Source of the DNA: Bigelowiella natans CCMP2755
Taxonomy: Eukaryota > Protista > Cercozoa
Direction of reading: 5' to 3'
DNA: 64,000 nucleotides
Assembly: GCA_000320545.1 (NCBI GenBank)
Contig: ADNK01003064.1
Span: 1-64,000 of the forward strand
Shown: positions 24,961 to 39,246 of the stretch, in pieces
Layout: each line of letters starts with the position of its first letter
How positions within the stretch are numbered: position 1 is the first letter of the stretch
The notes under the pieces: model-generated
Database searches by the model: none
The model's input: only the letters and a program-made list of their open reading frames with translations
Told to the model about the DNA's origin: nothing
Made by a program: the position numbers and the translations under genes

Positions 24961-25261
24961 TCACTCATCATAAGATGTTTCTGGGATATATTTTTATCCA
25001 GAAAATGTCGAGTAGAGTGTTCATTGGTAACCTCAGTTTCCACCCTCACCTCACTTATGTAAGCAGCGGTGAGCCATCTGGTTGTGTCTTTTGCACCGAC
25101 ATCAGCATACATCGGGATTTAGGTTCCGCACTCTCTTGTCTCTTCCCTTGCCCCTTCTCTTTCATTCTTTGCAGCATTTCCGTTGTCGATGCTAAAAAGG
25201 AACCAATATCATCAGTGCATGTCATCCTGCTAGACGACTGGGTTTCCTACTTCCTCTCACG

Positions 25262-26415
25262 ATGCAAGGAGTAAATGTGAAGAGCTGCGCGGATGAGGTT
25301 GCACCTGGTTGTTCTTTTCATGTCTCCTACGTGCTTTACTGAATATTTGTAACAAGATACCTAGATGCATGTACCGTCAAAGCATTCCCTCATTTAGTGT
25401 GTGGATGATATGTAGAGTCGAGGGAGAGGACTGTTCGCTGAGAGGGATTTCCTTGCAAACCATGTACTATGATGACTACTATTGACCCTAACCCTACCTA
25501 GCTCACAGGAACTATGGTGTGTCCTCCGTCCTGAAGAGCCTTGATACGTACTGCTCAGACGATTGCAAAGGACGTACCATTTGCTTCATGCCCAGACCTC
25601 AGGGTAAGTAAGTAAGCAATTCGGTAGAAGATGGAAAAGGGGGTCTATTTGTTGTGAGAATTGAAAATACTATTTGAAACAGATAGTATGATAATTAGAA
25701 GTAACCAATGGAAAGTATGGATGGTTTAGAGGTTACGTTCTTAGTTGTGGTATTTTCCTGGTCGTTTTCTCGTCGAAGCTTGCGAGCTACTTAGCTGGGA
25801 GGAGCATTATTATGAGATCTTGACGACTCTCTAGTTCTGCTTAGAACAGCATATGGAATGATCTGGTTCATTATGGGGTTTGGTGATGTCCGGGTGAACA
25901 TCATATTGATGGTAGTTTTCGTATCAGGATCTCATGGAAGATCATGGAATATTAGTCTGCGACACATGTCGGAGATTCCTTGGCAGTGTGCAGTTGCAGG
26001 TTGTAGTAGTAATCATAGCTAATGTTGATTTACAGAGGGGAGAACACGTATTAGACGTTTTGTTCATTGTTTTTCTTGGTTCACATTCTGACATCAGAGA
26101 CAAATGATAACCAACGCTTGCGATTCGTACGATTCGTGTGTAATCTGTGCCTTTGCTCAGTTTCTTCTTGCCGCTGGTGGCGTCGATCCTTCCTTTCTTC
26201 GCCAGAGTCTATCTGCTAAAGAATTACAAGCAGCAACAGCAGAAAGAGGAGAAGGAGGAGGAGGAGGAGGAGGAGCAGTAAAGTTGGCAGGTGCATCAGG
26301 TGATGAAGATGCCAAAAAGGTAGATATACCTCCTCGTTAGTCTTATGATTAGTGATGAGGACCGACAGTACTAAAGATGATAAAAGAAGTAACTTTGACA
26401 ACAGTCCTCCTTATT

Positions 26416-26446
<31 letters not shown>

Positions 26447-26867
26447 CCCTCGCTATCTTGGTGTATTTTGTCGTTCACGTTCGTCCCCTTCTTCACTATA
26501 TTTTCCTCTCCTCCCCCATTCTCGTTTCTATCCCTCATTCTAGGACGAAATTAGCAGATAGCAAATATTTAACAAGCTTGGTGTTCAAATTATTATCTGA
26601 TAGAATGCAGGAAGGATAGACGACAATAGATTTAGAGGAGAGGAGGATAAGGATATCGATGTTAAGTCAAAAAGTAGTGGTAGAAGAAGACATTCCATAG
26701 TAGAAGTCACAGAGCTTCTTCTACACACAATATACAGCAAGGTAGTATCATTTTCGACAGAATTTTCCAATAAGGAAGGATTCTTCCTCTTATTAATTGA
26801 TGCCTCAGTTACTCAAACACTACTGCGTTCACGAAGTAAAAAAAGTGATGTTCTCCATCCTCGTCGC

Positions 26868-26909
<42 letters not shown>

Positions 26910-28628
26910 TAAAACAACAAGAGTGGAAAAAAAAGGATGACAAAAACATCGGAAGAATACGATAAAGAAAGACAAATCGGATATTAAATCGTTACTATAT
27001 TTTCAAAATCTCCATTAAAAAAGATGATTTTATCATTAGAACAAACCCAACGAAAAGCTGCAGTTTTTGATGGAAACTTGGCCAGATGTGCCAGGATTGG
27101 AAACAAAGCTTTCTTCGGTTTATGTATCAAGTAAAAGCGCATCAAATACTGCACTTGATGTGATAAGATGTCGTAAATATTTTTTGTAATAGTGTCTATC
27201 AATGTAATTAATATTATAAAATAAATAGTAGTTGTGGTCGTAGCAGAAAAAGGAGAAGGAGAAGATAACAGTAGTTAGTAGTAGCGGTGAGTAGCAACGG
27301 CAGCAGTAACAATAAGTTAGAAACCTTCTTGGTGACTGATACTAATCTTTATTCATTACGTTTTTATCAACAAACCGGCAAGATCTGCACCCAAACTTAC
27401 TGTTCTGTAGCGTGAAATGTGCCAGAAATTTAAGCCCCAAACAAGTGATGCTATAATTTTTTTGTTTTATCTTTGTATTATGGCTGAAAATAAGACATTC
27501 TTTCCATTTCTTAATTCATAGTTTATAACTTCCCATTACACCTAAATGAGAATTAATGTCACAGGATAAAGAAATATGTGATGAATTAAAAGCTCTTTTT
27601 TTATATTCTTCTTCCCAGGGGCAATTTTTATTAAGCTTATATGAAGAAGAAGATGACGAGGATGAAGATGATGAAAAAGGTTAGCAATGAGTTGTTTGAT
27701 GTGGGTTGAATGTTTAGTGGGTTAATAATCTATATCCTTGGATACCTCTCGACGAAGAGTGCCCGTGCAATATCGTACAGATGATGTATTGGAACATACC
27801 AACCATTAATAATTCATTTAATCTACATGATATAGTAGACCAGAGATGATCTTTCGTGTAGAAAATAATGATGGTGTCGTTCTCAAAATAGTTCTCATCG
27901 ACAGGTGCAGACACTGCTACCTCATGGAAAGCTATGGGTAATAACTATTTTTTTTCCACATAATGATACAATTTTTTTATCGCTATTGCTATTGACATAA
28001 GTTTCTTCATTCTATCTTTGATTTTGCCTTTTTGCTGATCTTTATTTTCCTCTGTCTGCTAGCGAAACTTGGAACAATTCTCTATGATATCGAGGATCCA
28101 GATATACAAACGTATACATAATGATATTTACAATAAAGATTTATCGCTACCTACAACAATGTATGCAACATATTAAATCCAAAAGTTTCTGTTGAAAAAG
28201 TGTTTTTCCTTCAACACTCTCCATTGATACCAATTACATTCATATGTGACTTAGTGCTTACGTTTATATAATGCTTATTAGAATAACTTTAAGAATTCGA
28301 GATAACAGCTAATAATAATGGTTTTATTGTATTTCTTCAATGGTTGTCATGGTCATAGAAATCTGCATCTCATCGGCAAATAATATATTCCAGACATACA
28401 GCACTCGCGTGTGCACTATGGTTTTGGGCACTAAGCGCTCCTCCTTCAATCGAAAACCAACCAGAAAAAAGAGAAGAGGGAGTGGGGAAGAGCGAAGAAA
28501 AAGAAGACCGAGATCAAAGTAAAAGGAGGAGAGTGATGCAGCCAGAGAATGTGGCATTAGCTACACGAATGAGGCAGTTGAATGCTTTGAAGGTGGAGAA
28601 GAGTAGAGATAAAGATATTACAAATATA

Positions 28629-28671
<43 letters not shown>

Positions 28672-30555
28672 TAGTAGTATCATGAGAAGGAATAGGAAAA
28701 AAAAGCAGTAGTATACTTTGAGGTATAAAAGTCAAGTAAATATTTTGCGAGTGTTGGTGGTGAATTAGAATCATTGACAGACTAACCAGATAGCAAGAAT
28801 GTGGAGGGAGGTGGAGTAGGAGAATAAAATTGTTGTAATCATGAATATCAATCCTTGAAATCCAAGAGATCAGTGGTAATTAAATTGCAAGAATTTCTCA
28901 TATACCTTGGGGTAATAAAGCTGATAATTTAGTTAATGTTACACTCTTATTGCCATCTTTCTTTACAGACCTTACCATATTTTTTTTGTTTTTTTGATAT
29001 TTTGATTGGTGCAGTCTGAGATATACTGGAGATTTGGACCCGAGGGGCAACGAAATGAACGAAAAGATGTTGCTTCTGTTGTTTATAAGGTATTGGTGTT
29101 TTAGATATTCGTAATATAACTGTGCTGCTGCTTCAGCTTATTACTATTATTATTATCAATACGTTTTTGCCTGCACCTCTCGTCTCTATTCTTAGAGAAT
29201 AAGCGATTTGTGGATTTTTTATTTCCATTGAGGAAGATACTTTTCATATATGTATTATGAATACCGATTCATAGATAGGAGTTTCACATATGATATGAAA
29301 CAAAATTTAAATAATAAGGTCGATTAAATTCATTATGCTAGATGTAATGAATGATAACAAAACAAATAAAATTTATTCCCAGGAATTCTGCAAAATTATG
29401 AAAATCGACTGCATGATGGAGACTCAAGGAAAATTAAAGACAGAAACATCTCAGAAAACAAACAAAATTGAGAACTCTGAAAATAGAAAAATGATGGCAA
29501 ACAGGAACACAGCTACTGGTGCGATGTTATCACCAAATTCATTTGAGGTATGTGACTAACTTCATAGTCGTGTGCCTATGTCTATGTGAGTGTGAGTGTG
29601 TGCACTTAGAATATGTTGGGATTGAAGTTGAACTAAGCTCTCATCAACGGAGCTTGCTTCTACGTGATCATATTCTTGAAAATATTCCTACACTCCTTTG
29701 ATTTTAAACGAAGGAGTATTATAGAAAGAGAGAGGGACTTTATATCAGCATTATTCTCCAACAAAAAAAATGAAATATTGTCGTATTCTCCTGTTTTCCA
29801 CATGTTCTTTAGTGGTTCGGAAATCTTTTAGGTGCTGTTGCTCAAAATGCTCTTCAGGTAGTAGAAATGTGGTAAATTGATCCGGAAGTTGGGATTATCT
29901 ATATTAATTTTATTAATGTTGTTTCAAGATCAAAATTCCATCACCAGCGGCTATGTTTTGTATCAAGATAGATCAGGTGGTAGTAGTACTGCTTATTGAA
30001 AATAGCAATGCATAACCTTATAAGATTCCTAAACGAGGTTGTCTATCATATCATCAAGATTTATCAACGAGAAATTTCGGATGGAAAGAATTACCCTGGT
30101 AGTACCGAAGACAAGGAAGATCACATCTTTTATCATAAATTATTGAATCGATGTAATGCAGTGAAACGTGAGAATATGTGGTGGAGGAGAATTAATTTAT
30201 TTACAGGAGAAAATATCTTTCATGAATTTAGTTTTTGAAGTGGTACAGGATTTTGTGGAAGCTATTATTTCAAATAGAGTAAGGACAAAAATTATCATCA
30301 TTCACTTCATCAATTTTCAAGCTATTAGAGACTCTAAATGCGAATGACATGCACTACGTTAGATTTAAATATTTGTACTAATTATACTTGTATCCATAAA
30401 ATGCTTTGCTCATCTAAATGTATTACATACAGAAAAATAAGGTAGAATAAATTTACAACATAACCAAACTAGGAAAGAGTAAGTGAGTCATCCATGGAAC
30501 AAAATGATGAAGGTAGCGATGATATGCTGAGTGATTCGGACGAGGTCATTACATA

Positions 30556-30596
<41 letters not shown>

Positions 30597-31313
30597 ATTA
30601 TCGTCATTAAATTTCGTAGAAAGTTTGAAAAAAGTTGTTATAATGTACGTAGCATTATCTCATTTAATAGCAGCAGTTTATGACTATAATTTGCAACAAC
30701 ACCTACCGCAGGTTGTCGAATTTTCGTGGCCTAGAGTCAAATTTAGAAGTTCACTGGTACTCGTATTATGTGTGTAGTAGTAGTAGTAGTAGTAGTAGTA
30801 GCAGCAGTTTCTTAGTCAAAATAATGTTTATTGGGGTTATCTAGATTAAGCTACGGAATATATTTTTTATTATTTTTCCTCTATGAGTGATCATAGTTTT
30901 TTAAAAAAATTGTAAACCTCATTTGATGGTTTCGTATCTCTATTGATATCACATCAGTTCCACCACTTTGAAGGAGTAGCGATTTATCCATTATTGTCCA
31001 TGTTAAATCATGCGGTTAGTTAAATATATTTTTTTTCTCATATTTTTTAATTTAAAGATTGGAATAACCGAGTACAAAATAATGTCTAGAAGAAAGCTAA
31101 CTAGATGTCAGTAATCTGTCAATAAATACATATTTTCATCGGATAGGGAAATAATTTACCGTTTTAGTTACGAATTCTCTTTTACATTTGTTTGGCCATA
31201 TTTTAGTGCGCTCCAAATTGCGAGCGTACATATCCTACATCTGTTGAAGCAATACTGTTTTCGGTAAGACTAATATAATTTTGAATAGAAATTGACTGAG
31301 AGATATAACTTGA

Positions 31314-31359
<46 letters not shown>

Positions 31360-31873
31360 GTATAGCTTATTTTGTTTAGCTAAACCTCATTATAATAGTT
31401 CTATTTTAGTTCCACACCCATGGCAAAAGAAAATATGTTCATAATTTCGTTGAAATACTCATGGGATATAGAGAATCGGATAATTAAATAAATTCAAGCT
31501 TTGATTAATGTCAGAAAGAAAACATAAAAAATGGACAAGAGCTTACAATATCTTACATAGGTTGTTTTGACATTTCCACACACTAAAAATCTTAATACTA
31601 CTAGTAGTAGTCAATTCACGCTTTTCAATTAGTAGTAGGTAAGGTATTATATCATATGAATCAGGCGAGGGAGTTGATTTTGGCGATTCAGTAGAGGAGC
31701 GACAAAGAGATTTGATGGAGCAGTATGGGTGAATTTTTTGTTTCTCTTCTAATTTGAAATCATTCTTTATTATTTATTTAGCTAAGTTACATCTAAAAAA
31801 AACTCATAATGTTTTTATTACCAATAGGTTTAAATGCAGATGTTCATTGTGCAGCCTTTCTCATGATTCATGA
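25262..31873 (+). CDS. ATXR2/SMYD5-like SET-MYND histone lysine methyltransferase, many small exons
   Basis: MQGVNVKSCADE|SRGRGLFAERDF; ILVCDTCRRFLGSVQLQ; LLFCSVKCA; LGAVAQNALQ|IKIPSP; EGVAIYPLLSMLNHA|CAPNC; KNGQELTISYIG; EERQRDLMEQYG|FKCRCSLC (post-SET). The start is tentative. Confidence 0.88.
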
Positions 31874-32702
31874 GAAGAAACGAATGAGCTCATTATATTA
31901 GCACCGTCTTCTAGATAACCTACTTTGGCGTTTGTTGTGGATATATTGCACTTGCATCATCAAAATAATTCTTATCAAAAATTTGGGATCCTTCCTGGCG
32001 AGACGCGTACGTAACTAAAGTGTATTGATTCAATAATGTTCAATGTTATCCTCCAATGATATAATACACTTTCAGTATTAATAACGGTCCTCTGTCGTTA
32101 TTTCCTGCATGGGTATGCTGCTAGTATGGTGTAAACAGAACCTTCTGACTCAACATATCAAAATAACGTATAGACTGCAAATTATGATGGCCTTATATAG
32201 ATTGATGACTTAGTTTGTGCACGTTCGCTAGTTTATATCACACCGATTTACATAATACTACATACAAGCTGCAGTTCTCATGCAGCGCAAGTCTCGCCAG
32301 CAGCGCCATTAGCATTACGTGCTGCGTATCTTGCGATGTGTGCATTACATGTGGGCGTTTAACCTGCTACACAAAAATTGCAAGAGCAAAGCAATAAACG
32401 ATAGATTCAAATTTGGGGAATGGCTACGCTGCTGCATATAACCCCTTGTACTATGTAACACTAGCTGCTCAGCAGTGTCTAACAACATTTTAGATTAAAT
32501 ATTGCTATATATACTCATGAGCCTAGAGCTGTAAATGATCGGTTTTTAGTCGATAACATCAACTCAGAACAAACTTCTTAGAAGCAGTCACATATGCTGT
32601 CTTTCGTTGAAATATATATATGCGTAGTGGTCTATGCTCATCGTGTCGATACACATGCCTTGTCCAATAAATAAGAACGATCAAGTATTCTGCATTTCTG
32701 AA

Positions 32703-32863
32703 TCAAAACTCCGCATTTCCTGGATATCTTGGATAAGGAATTACATCCCTTACGTTTGTCATCCCTGTTAGATAGCATACTAATCTTTCAAACCCAACGC
32801 CATATCCAGCATGCGGGACTGATCCGTACCTAATTGCAATTTAATGGAAATATATATATAGAA

Positions 32864-32908
<45 letters not shown>

Positions 32909-33394
32909 AAAAATCCAGATAATGTGTGAGTGAGTGAGTGTGTGTGTGTATGTGTGTGTTCGTTAAAAAGACGCTTGGCATCCCCCGTCTCACCTTATTA
33001 TTGGACGTTATAATGATTTACTTGTTTATGGTAGGTAGTACAGATAGCAATGTTTCCACGTATTACCAACTAAACAACATAGAGTGTTGTAACTACTTTT
33101 AAATTTATATTCAATTCATTTTTTTTGGTCCCTACTTTCGAAGATCCATATACCACCAATAATCATCTTCAATTAAGTCAAATTCTTTCAATTTCTTCTG
33201 GAGAACGTCATATCTAGTTGTTATGAATAATGGACAAAAAAACTCAGTTGTAATAAGATCTGTTGCCCCTCCCTTCAACCCACCATAGTGGATTTTCTTC
33301 TGCTTTCTTTTGGGTTATTATTATCTTCTTGTGTACATGATACCTCGCATCTTTCTTTCTACTTCACGTACTGCTAACTCCTCAACCAAAAGTT

Positions 33395-33427
<33 letters not shown>

Positions 33428-33463
33428 GCAATTACTATATCCTCCCCCTCCTCTTCCTACGCG

Positions 33464-33502
<39 letters not shown>

Positions 33503-33814
33503 CAATATCATCACCACCTTTCTTCTCTTTGACTGCCTCCAGCTAATTCACCCACGCCAGGAACTAGCAAATCGAAAGCTAGTAGTAGCATTAGGTAGTA
33601 GAAAAAGATTATGTTTTAAGAATCATCAATGCTAATCAAAAAAAGGAAAAACCGACAAAACTACTCACAGAATAAATGAACCAGGAAAGAAACAGAGATT
33701 TCTTTGTCATTTGTGCTACTTCTTACTACCAGCAACTGTTTTCCCATCGTCGTTATCACGCATATAGAATGCTTTTATATCTCTGGGGTAGTTGTACCTG
33801 CATAAATGATAATA

Positions 33815-33854
<40 letters not shown>

Positions 33855-34829
33855 CATATTCAATATGCAACATCAACAAGTAAACAAATTGATCATGCTC
33901 TGCACACAATAGGGAGGACACACATCCGTCACAACATCTACAATTTTTCTATGAATGATGGGTGAATAAGATTTCTGCATGATGATGATGATCTTTCTGA
34001 CACGAAGGTAGCAGCTCCTTGCCCCCATTTTTCACATATCCAGCGCTCATGCTCAGTAGCTAGATCTGTCCCGAATCCGACATCAGGGTATTCCCACTTA
34101 CTAGCATCTTTTGTAATCTACAAGAAAGAGAGGAGAAGAGAAGGGAGGACAATCAAATAATAGTTAGTTGCTGCGACGATAAGTAGGAAAGAATTAGAAT
34201 CAATATTTGTCTGCTAAATACATTGTCATCCATCGAGCTGCTGCTACGGGAAGAAAAGCAACAAAGATAGGCAGTATTCGTGGTGTAGAGAGTTCGTGTA
34301 TGGAGAAAGAGAACATACACACGGCGGCCAAAACGTCACTATTATATTGTTCCAGCAGTATCATGATGACGATATATTACTATAATTCATGTGTAGTTCG
34401 GTCACACAAACACAACTAGAATAACCTCTTCTTGAAGTAGCTTGATTGCTTCTTTGTACTCTATCTTCATAAAAGGCTTATTTGCTATCAAACCTAAACG
34501 TTCTTTGAGCCCCTTCTCATAGAATTTTCCGAAGAATTCCAAATCATCTGAACATTCTTCCATCGCAGCCGTTGCTGCTGCACGAACCTGCGATTAATTG
34601 GATGATGATGATGATGAGGAGGAGGAGGAGGAGGAGGAGGATGTTACTGCTGTCTGTCACCATCAATTGGTACTACTGTTTTCTGTTTATGCGAATACAT
34701 ACACATTGATGTATAATATATCTTAGGCCCAACTTTTCCTTCCACCTCATTATTTATTTCAGTAGTAGTAGTAGTAGTAGTGAATCATCTTCATGTACGT
34801 CCTCCTCCTCCCTCTCCTTCTCCATCCAC

Positions 34830-34868
<39 letters not shown>

Positions 34869-35273
34869 GCCCTCACAGTTGTCCATTGCATCAAATATAT
34901 CAGCGAAAGCCATCTCTGGTTCAATCATCCAAAATTCTGCAAGATGCCTTCATATACCATCAAGATGCAAGCCAAGCAAACGTGGTATACGTCAAGAGGT
35001 AGTAGTGGTAGTAGTAGTAGTAGTAGAAGAAGAAGAAGAAGAGGGTTGTTATCAGGGGGGAGAAAGAAGTAGTATTTGTGGAGAGAGAGGGAGTCATATA
35101 TATATATATATATATAGTTCTTCCTTGAACAATCATCATATCATGGATGAATGAATGATATCAACAAAGTGAGTGATTAGTGGCAAACATTACAAATTAT
35201 TGAGGTTATTCAAAAATAATAGACCTGTAGATCTACTGAGCCAATAGCATTATTACCATTATCATTATTAGTG

Positions 35274-35306
<33 letters not shown>

Positions 35307-36737
35307 ATAGTAGAAGTGGTGCCCTATTTGCAGCAGCAGGAACAACAACAGCACATGTAGGAGAAGCAGTTGTAGTAGTAGTATATTTGCATATGTTTGA
35401 TAAGAAGCACACTACTAGGTAGAAGATAGGTAGTAGCCAATAATGATAATAACCACCACCTCACCTTGATGTTTGAGAATTCTCAGCTCTAAATGTAGGT
35501 CCAAACGTGTATATGTCTTTATTGAGGGGGGGTAGGAGGAGGAGGAGGAGGAGGAGGAGGATGAGGTAAAATGAGGAGGTCATGCTATAAATCAATACCA
35601 ATTTACTATCCCCCTCCCCTCCCCCTCCTCCCCTTCTCTCTCTCTCTCTCCCTCTCTCTCTCTCTCTCCAAGATACGAAATAAATTGTTGTGTTACCTCC
35701 CATTGCACAAGCGTACGTTTCTCCAGATAATTGTCCACTCACAGTCAAATATGCTGGTTTGTCTAAGAACAACGACGATAACGACGAGGATAATGATAAT
35801 AATTAAGAATAACGATATATATCATCAGATATTGAAGTAGTGCCATTAAAAGTAAGCATTTAGACGACGACGACGCCATGTAGCACAAGAAGTGGGATTG
35901 GTACTCATTATTTTTTACATGGTAGGTAACCAATAACAAATAGAGCCAAGCAGTTTTCTTTGCTTCCTATTCTTCTTCTTCTTCTTCTTCATGTTCTTCT
36001 TCTTCGTCTTCTTCTTCTTATTATTATTATTAATCTTCTTCTTCTTCTTCTTCTTATTTCTCTTCTTTTGACATAAGACAACTGTAAACTGACTGTCACT
36101 ATATTATCACATCTCGTAGCTCAGTAGTCTAGAACTACTACTACTATTACTACTACTACTACTCATTATTAAGCATATCATCATGATACCAAAGAAATCG
36201 TTCTTGTAGAATTCCTTCATCGTGTCATCATTATCATCATCGTCGGATTTCTTCTTGTTATTTTTTAAAGAAGGTGGGTTTTGAGGATCTATCGTCGTAA
36301 CTCGAAACATCTCTCCAGCACCCTCACAATCAGAAGCCGTGATGATGGGACTACGTACGTTATTGATGATGGGATTATAAATGGTGGTGGTGGTGGTGGA
36401 TGATAATGACGATTGATCACTGATGACGATCAAAGTAAGAACTAGAGATAATGTTATCATTTAGGATAATGAAAGTAAGGACTGTTTAATAATATCCTCT
36501 TTTATCATCATCATCATCATCATCATCATTATCATCATATAGCTGAAATAAGCAAGGAGCAGCACTCCAACCTGTGGAGGTGTTTAAAGCCCATCGAGTG
36601 AAAATAATTATGGATCTGAACGGATATAAATATAATATAATATAGATAAAAGTAATCAAGAAGACAGAATAAAGCCGTACTGTCACATGGTTAGTGATCA
36701 ACGATGAAAAAATTGACTTACATATAATTAATCAATC

Positions 36738-36777
<40 letters not shown>

Positions 36778-37705
36778 GTACCCCAAGAGCCAAACTGGAT
36801 CTTACGCGAGAAACAGCTGCAAATGTGTTAGTACGTGCCCGAAGATGTGCGATTGACCTACAACATGCACAAAAACAATACTACTTACTAAAAGGCTGCT
36901 GCTGCTGCTACTACTAGGAATCTGCTAGAAGAGACTAGAAATAATAACTGAAGTCTAGGGATAATATAGATGATGTGCCAAAAAAGGCAGCCGCATGATA
37001 TTTCGCACACATACATTGCACATTGCATTGTGGTGTGTGAATGTAGATTAGTTAACGACGATGATGTTTTAAATGGATGCTGATGATGCAAGATTTAATG
37101 AAAAAGTCATAATAATGATGATGATGATGATCATGAGGAGGATGGGGCTCTTCTTTCTCCTCCCCCTCCCCACCACCCCCCCCCCTCCTCCTTCTCCTCC
37201 TTGATAATTACCGTAAGAACTCCAGAGAGTGTCTTTTCTTTTGAAGAGGGTATTTGTCACCATCTTGGACAACTCCGACAATCTTGATATCCTGTAATAA
37301 AGTGTAGTATCATCATGTTGGTGTTATGGCGGATGATGCATCCATCATCGTGATCATCCCACTACTACTTACCTCACATTGTATCTCTACTGCTTGACCC
37401 TTCCCTGGTGACTCGACAAGCTTCCCCAAAACAGCTACTGATGCTCCTGTTGTAACTTTTGATGTCACGTCTTCAAATTTATCAACTCCTCCTTCCATCT
37501 TGCCAGCATCTATAACGACCTAAAATGGTAAAAATAGTACTACATTTACCATTAAATCTGCTACTACTCCTCCCCACCAGATAATAATAAAAATAATAAT
37601 CATCATCATCATCCATCATCAGGTTTTTGACAACCAACTACGTACTATATGCAATGTAGCCATCAGCTGTTTTTAGAATCATGCATCTCCGTCACAATCA
37701 TTGTT

Positions 37706-37737
<32 letters not shown>

Positions 37738-38601
37738 TATCATCATTTCGATCAATCCACAGAGAAGTATTCATAAGAGTAATGCTACAAATCATACCCT
37801 CTGTTTCCCCTTCTCATCCTCCCCCCCATCCTCTTCCTTCTATTACTACTACTACTACTACTGCTACTCGTTTACCTGTATACCACTAAAAGAGCTACCG
37901 TCGTTGATCTCCATAAATGCTAGTTGCTTTTGAGCTCTCAGAGTCCTAACCCATCCTTTGATAACAACTTGCTTTCCAATCAATTCACTTTTCTTGGCCT
38001 CTAACGACAAAGAAGACTTCAATATGTCACCAACTTTTGTGCGCTTTCCCCCTTGGGATGCGAACGTTTTCCGAACGGAGTCCTATTATTAATATAATAA
38101 GCAATGATGAAAGGGATGGTGCTGCTGATTATGATAATTACATTAGTAGTGCAATGAGAAACTAGTAGTAATAGTATGATGATAATGGGGTCTGATGAAT
38201 TATATTGGTCTTTATTGCTAGAAATTCTTTGCTTCAGATGATGCTACTACCTCTGCTACATCTTCAAGAGAATCTTTGGAAGTATGAATTGTTGCTCCAG
38301 ATTTTGTAGCAAACAGACCCCTCCTCCTCCTATGATGTGATCCCAATTGGTAGTTGTAGTAGTGGTGGTGTCCGGCCATATTATTATGCATCGAAGCAAA
38401 CCCTTCTCCTCTCCTATTCACAATGGCATTGGTGGCCATTTTTCCTGCCACCATCTTGCGACAACCTCGTGCTTGCACCAGGGCTGCTGCCTTTACAGGA
38501 GGTGTTGTTCTCCTCAGTGTCATCATCTTCATCGTAACAGCGATTGCGGTAGTGAAAAACAGTGCCAATACTCCTCTTCTCAAAAGTGATTGTGATGGCA
38601 T
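32703..38601 (-). CDS. asnS: Asparagine--tRNA ligase (bacterial/organellar type) with bipartite N-terminal targeting leader
   Basis: [25 protein letters not shown]; [14 protein letters not shown]|[10 protein letters not shown]; [18 protein letters not shown]; AYLTVSGQL; [16 protein letters not shown]|[11 protein letters not shown]; DLATEHER; [12 protein letters not shown]; [18 protein letters not shown]; [17 protein letters not shown]...[11 protein letters not shown]. Confidence 0.97.
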
Positions 38602-39003
38602 ACTATAAATGCATACACGGGTGGGGTGGGCTGTTTTTTTGAGGGAGCAAGCAACCAACCAACCACACAGAGGAGATGTTTATTATGTGTGTAGACTGTG
38701 TGCTGTGTGTGTGGTAGATAGATGATGAGCCACGTGTGGTGGTGGTGGTGTACACTTTGTTGTCGTTACATCGTAGATCGCTCATATGGTTGTCGCACAA
38801 TATGAATCGCATGTGAAAAGAGGAAGAAGAAGAAACATGGATGACATCGAAGAAATTTCCTAGAGATACTACATCGATATTATTATAATTATCCCGGTAT
38901 TATTATTATTATCACCGGGTGACCGGAGCCAGGAACGGCACAAACTCCCAAGTACCACAAACCAAAATCCCGCTCCGTGGTGCGCAAGTGGGAGAGAGGG
39001 GAG

Positions 39004-39054
<51 letters not shown>

Positions 39055-39246
39055 AGGGAGAGGAGGGAAAGCATGAATGTATGTCTGAACCTTTATTATT
39101 GTAAGTTTGGAGTTGTGCCCACCATGACAGACACGCTGACGAAAATTCCGTTGTTTACTACATACTCCGTCTGCATCCCGCTCTGTGTTCAGGATTTTTT
39201 TGCGCTGTCGAAGTCCCAGCGCTCTACAAGCTAAAACACCTTCACA

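Noticed and set aside
25007-25058. MSSRVFIGNLSF resembling an RRM RNP2 start
   Set aside because: No RNP1 motif or in-frame continuation was found by splicing; downstream exons belong to the SET gene. It may be chance or a tiny relic.
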